Of a DNA stretch of 64,000 nucleotides, positions 61,141-64,000 are shown in pieces. The stretch comes from an uncultured virus (IMG/VR IMGVR_UViG_3300020047_008750) (Duplodnaviria > Heunggongvirae > Uroviricota > Caudoviricetes). The number at the start of each line of letters is the position of its first letter. The first letter of the stretch is position 1. The translations under genes were made by a program, and so were the position numbers. The DNA lies in the IMG/VR virus record IMGVR_UViG_3300020047_008750. One strand, written 5' to 3'. Below the pieces are notes generated by a model, which searched no databases, was not told where the DNA came from, and saw nothing but the letters and a program-made list of their open reading frames with translations.

Positions 61141-61767
61141 ATGATCGAAAAGAAAAAAGACATTCCCTTGAAGAAAAAGAAAAAAAAGACTTGAAAAAAC
61201 AAGCGCTCTTCATGGAACAAAATTGAAGAAGGTTGAATCGCAGTCACAGACAACAGAAAGAAGCTTCAGGAAAAGCTTTTGAAGGAAGAAGCACAAGAAG
61301 ACAATATTGTCAAGGCACACTTGAAGACACTTGAAAATCATACAATGACTATCGGAATGCGGATTGAAAAAGTGGCTTTTGCGATTTTTCTTTGACTTCC
61401 TGAAGCAGTTCGATGAACGCAAGGTGACTTTTCTCGCGAGTGGTGAATCAGTGAACAAGCGCTTTCTGGTTGGAAGTACCTTCCCGAAATTCAAAAGCTT
61501 CGGTTGGTGATCATGAAATCAGTTCTGATTGAAAGAACACCTGCAGTCATGGAAAACCTTTTCACTGCAGCTTCGAAAGCAAATTCATTCTGATCAGTGA
61601 ATGTCGGTGCGGTGAAGTTGTGGCTTCAGTTCGTCGAAGAATGGAAGGAAGCAAGCACGGTTGATCTGAATGCTACAGGTTGATTTCAAATCAACTTCGG
61701 TGCGTGAAAGAGTCAATTCATAAATCCGACAGACGAACAACCTGTGAAGGAATCAGAGAAGACATAA
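61141..61767 (+). CDS. terS: Terminase small subunit
   Basis: Homolog of 25099-25728. Confidence 0.7.
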
Positions 61768-61778
61768 TCCTTTTTTTT

Positions 61779-62147
61779 ATGAAATATCGAATCAGCAACT
61801 TTGATTGATTATCTGTTTTCATTCCTTTGGATAAAGATGCAAAAAGATTCAGGAAAAAAACAATACAAAATCTTTCAGCAGAAAATTGAGTTATAAGAAA
61901 AAGAGATAGAGTTGCATTGTGATATTCTTCAAAAGATTTTTCTGAAAAAAGAAAAATTCTATTGTCTGAAGCTCGAAACAATTCATGATGTTCAGATTGT
62001 TCTTCAAAACAGTTTTTGCAGGTTCACCATAAAGACAAAGACATATTGAATAATGAATATGAAAATCTGCAAGTATTATGTTTCTATTGTCATGCAAAAT
62101 ATCATAAGCATATGCAAAACAAAAATCCACCTTCTTGGCTAAAATAA
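61779..62147 (+). CDS. HNH endonuclease inserted between terS and terL
   Basis: CSDC..LQVHHKDKDILNNEYENLQVLCFYCHAKYH; absent in B. Confidence 0.85.
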
Positions 62148-62149
62148 AT

Positions 62150-63565
62150 ATGACCGTTCTCAATCTTTATCCTTTGCAACCTGTTCAACAAAGAGCTTCA
62201 GCAAGCACTGCGCGATTTCGGTTGATGTGAGGTGCAAAAGGCGGTTGAAAATCATATTGGATCCGTTCGGAAAGTGTTCGTGAATGTTTGTCTGCTCGAA
62301 ATGTTCGATGACTTGCCTTGCGTCGAACTTCACCTGAAATCAGCGAGAACATGATCATTCCGCTTCAAAGGGAACTTCCACCGACAAGAACTTGATTCTA
62401 TAATTTCAACAAGACAGACAAGATCATGCAGTTTTTCAACGGTTCGACACTGCGTTTTTCCTATTGTCAGAATCTTGCCGATGTCATGAATTATCAAGGA
62501 ATCGAATATGATTTCATCGCGATTGAAGAGCTGACACACTGGACCGAACTTGAATGGAAACTTTTGATGTGATCCCTTCGAACAACTCGCGACGGAATCA
62601 AACCGAACTTCTTTGCGTCAACAAATCCGTGATCAATCGGTCACCAGTGGGTGAAGCGTCTTTTCGTGAAGCGAGAGTTTCAGGAATGAGAAAATCCCGA
62701 TGACTATGACTTCATTCCTGCGCGTGTGTGGGACAATGAAATTCTTATGCGGACACAACCGCAATATTATCAACTCTTGCAAGCACTCCCCGAAAAAGAG
62801 CGTCGCGCCTTTCTCGAAGGTGACTGGAATGTCTTTGACGGTCAGTTCTTCACCGAATTTCGAACTGACCTTCATGTCATTCAACCCTTTGTTCCGAAAA
62901 ACTGAATCAAGAAGCGAATCATCTGTCTCGATTACTGATATTCTGCACCGTCTGCTGTCTATTGGTTGGCGCAGGATAACAACGACACTGTGTTCGCATA
63001 CCGTGAACTGTATGTCAAAGGCAAGACATACAAACAACTTGCAGCGCAGGTCATGGCAATGACTCCCGATGATGAAAAGATTGATGTCACGATTGTCGAT
63101 CCTGCAATCTTGAACAAACCTTCAGAGACGACAGGAACTTCAGGAAGCGACGAAATGAAAGCGGTTTGACTCAAAGTAAAATGAGCAGATAATAGTCGCG
63201 TTGCAGGTTGGCAAGTCTTCAGACAATTTTTGCAACCGTTTGAGGATCAGAACACAAGAAAGATTTCTGCGGGATTTTATATCACTTCGAACTGCACAAA
63301 TTTGATTCGAACACTCCCCGAAATGGTTCATGACAAAGTCAATGTTGAAGATATCAACACCAAACTTGAAGATCATGCTTGTGACGCGATTCGATATTGA
63401 CTGAAATATTTCGGTGCGCGAACAAGTTCACTTTCCGAAATAAAAACGATGAATGATGTGTTCAACAAGAAGTTCGAACAAGAAGTTTGAAACATGGCTT
63501 CTTTTTTACAAAAAAAACCTACAATAAAGACAACAAAAGGTTGAATCCTGACGCTCGAATTCTAA
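62150..63565 (+). CDS. terL: Terminase large subunit
   Basis: Homolog of 25747-27159. Confidence 0.95.
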
Positions 63566-63584
63566 TATTTTTTATCTTTCATAT

Positions 63585-64000
63585 ATGACAAAGAAAGAAA
63601 CAATCAAGTCAACAGAATCAACTGTTGAAAAAGTTCCTTCACAGATTTCAGAGACGAAAACAAAAAAGCATTCGAGCGACAAGAAGGACCTTCTGAACAC
63701 TTTCGGTGCTTCAGGAACTTCACTTGTTGAAGGATATATTCTTGAAGAATACAACCCGAAGCTTGCATGATCTGCAGGTCTTCTTGTATATGAGAAAATG
63801 CGAAAGTCTGACGCACAAGTTTTCGCGACACTTCTCGCAATGGAACTTCCGATTCGCTCGACAAAGTGGGACATAATGCCTGCAAGCGATGAAAACGGTG
63901 AAACAGGTGATCGAGAACATGAAATTGCAGACTTTGTTCGAAAAGCACTTTTCGAGAAAATGGAAACACCGTTCGACGATTTCTTGCGAGAGGTTTTGAC
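63585..64000 (+). CDS. Portal protein, 5' part (runs off window)
   Basis: EEYNPKLA..MRKSDAQVFATLLAMELPIR as in 27187. Confidence 0.85.

Larger units (their letters stand above)
1..64000. mobile_element. Tailed phage (or prophage) sequence using genetic code 25 (TGA=Gly); three related genome segments in tandem
   Basis: Terminase, portal, capsid, tail, tape measure, lysin, SSB and DnaC genes all read as long open frames only if TGA is sense; no host genes seen. Confidence 0.95.

Noticed and set aside
1..64000. Massively pseudogenised (decayed) prophage, as the fragmented ORF track suggests
   Set aside because: Interruptions are all TGA, in frame and at glycine positions; no frameshifts or premature TAA/TAG in the genes I traced
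1..64000. Genetic code 4 (TGA=Trp) or selenocysteine readthrough
   Set aside because: TGA occupies Walker A and YGGRG glycines and exchanges with GGN between copies; conserved Trp positions use TGG

Overview
The whole window is tailed-phage DNA (Mu-like head genes plus a non-contractile tail, DUF4373-like initiator/DnaC replication, amidase lysis) written in an alternative genetic code in which TGA encodes glycine (translation table 25, known from Gracilibacteria and Absconditabacteria/SR1). The supplied ORF track treats TGA as stop, so it fragments almost every gene; coordinates here were re-derived by hand with TGA=Gly. The window holds three head-to-tail segments of related but clearly diverged genomes: A (1-~11.6 kb, tail and lysis), B (~11.6-48.8 kb, an apparently complete ~37.2 kb genome) and C (~49.7-64 kb, early, replication and packaging genes). 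They are joined through a near-identical ~730 bp block (TATAG repeats plus an HNH gene), and the second junction has an N-gap, so the tandem layout may be a real cointegrate/array or an assembly join. No integrase, CI-like repressor, transposase, tRNA, CRISPR array or host gene was recognised. Highlights: a phage SET-domain methyltransferase, a portal-MuF fusion, two origin-like repeat loci on opposite sides of the 37 kb unit, a membrane-anchored winged-helix protein, a tape-measure domain swap, a conserved -1 frameshift, a candidate small RNA and six distinct HNH genes. All product names come from motif recognition by eye, not database searches.
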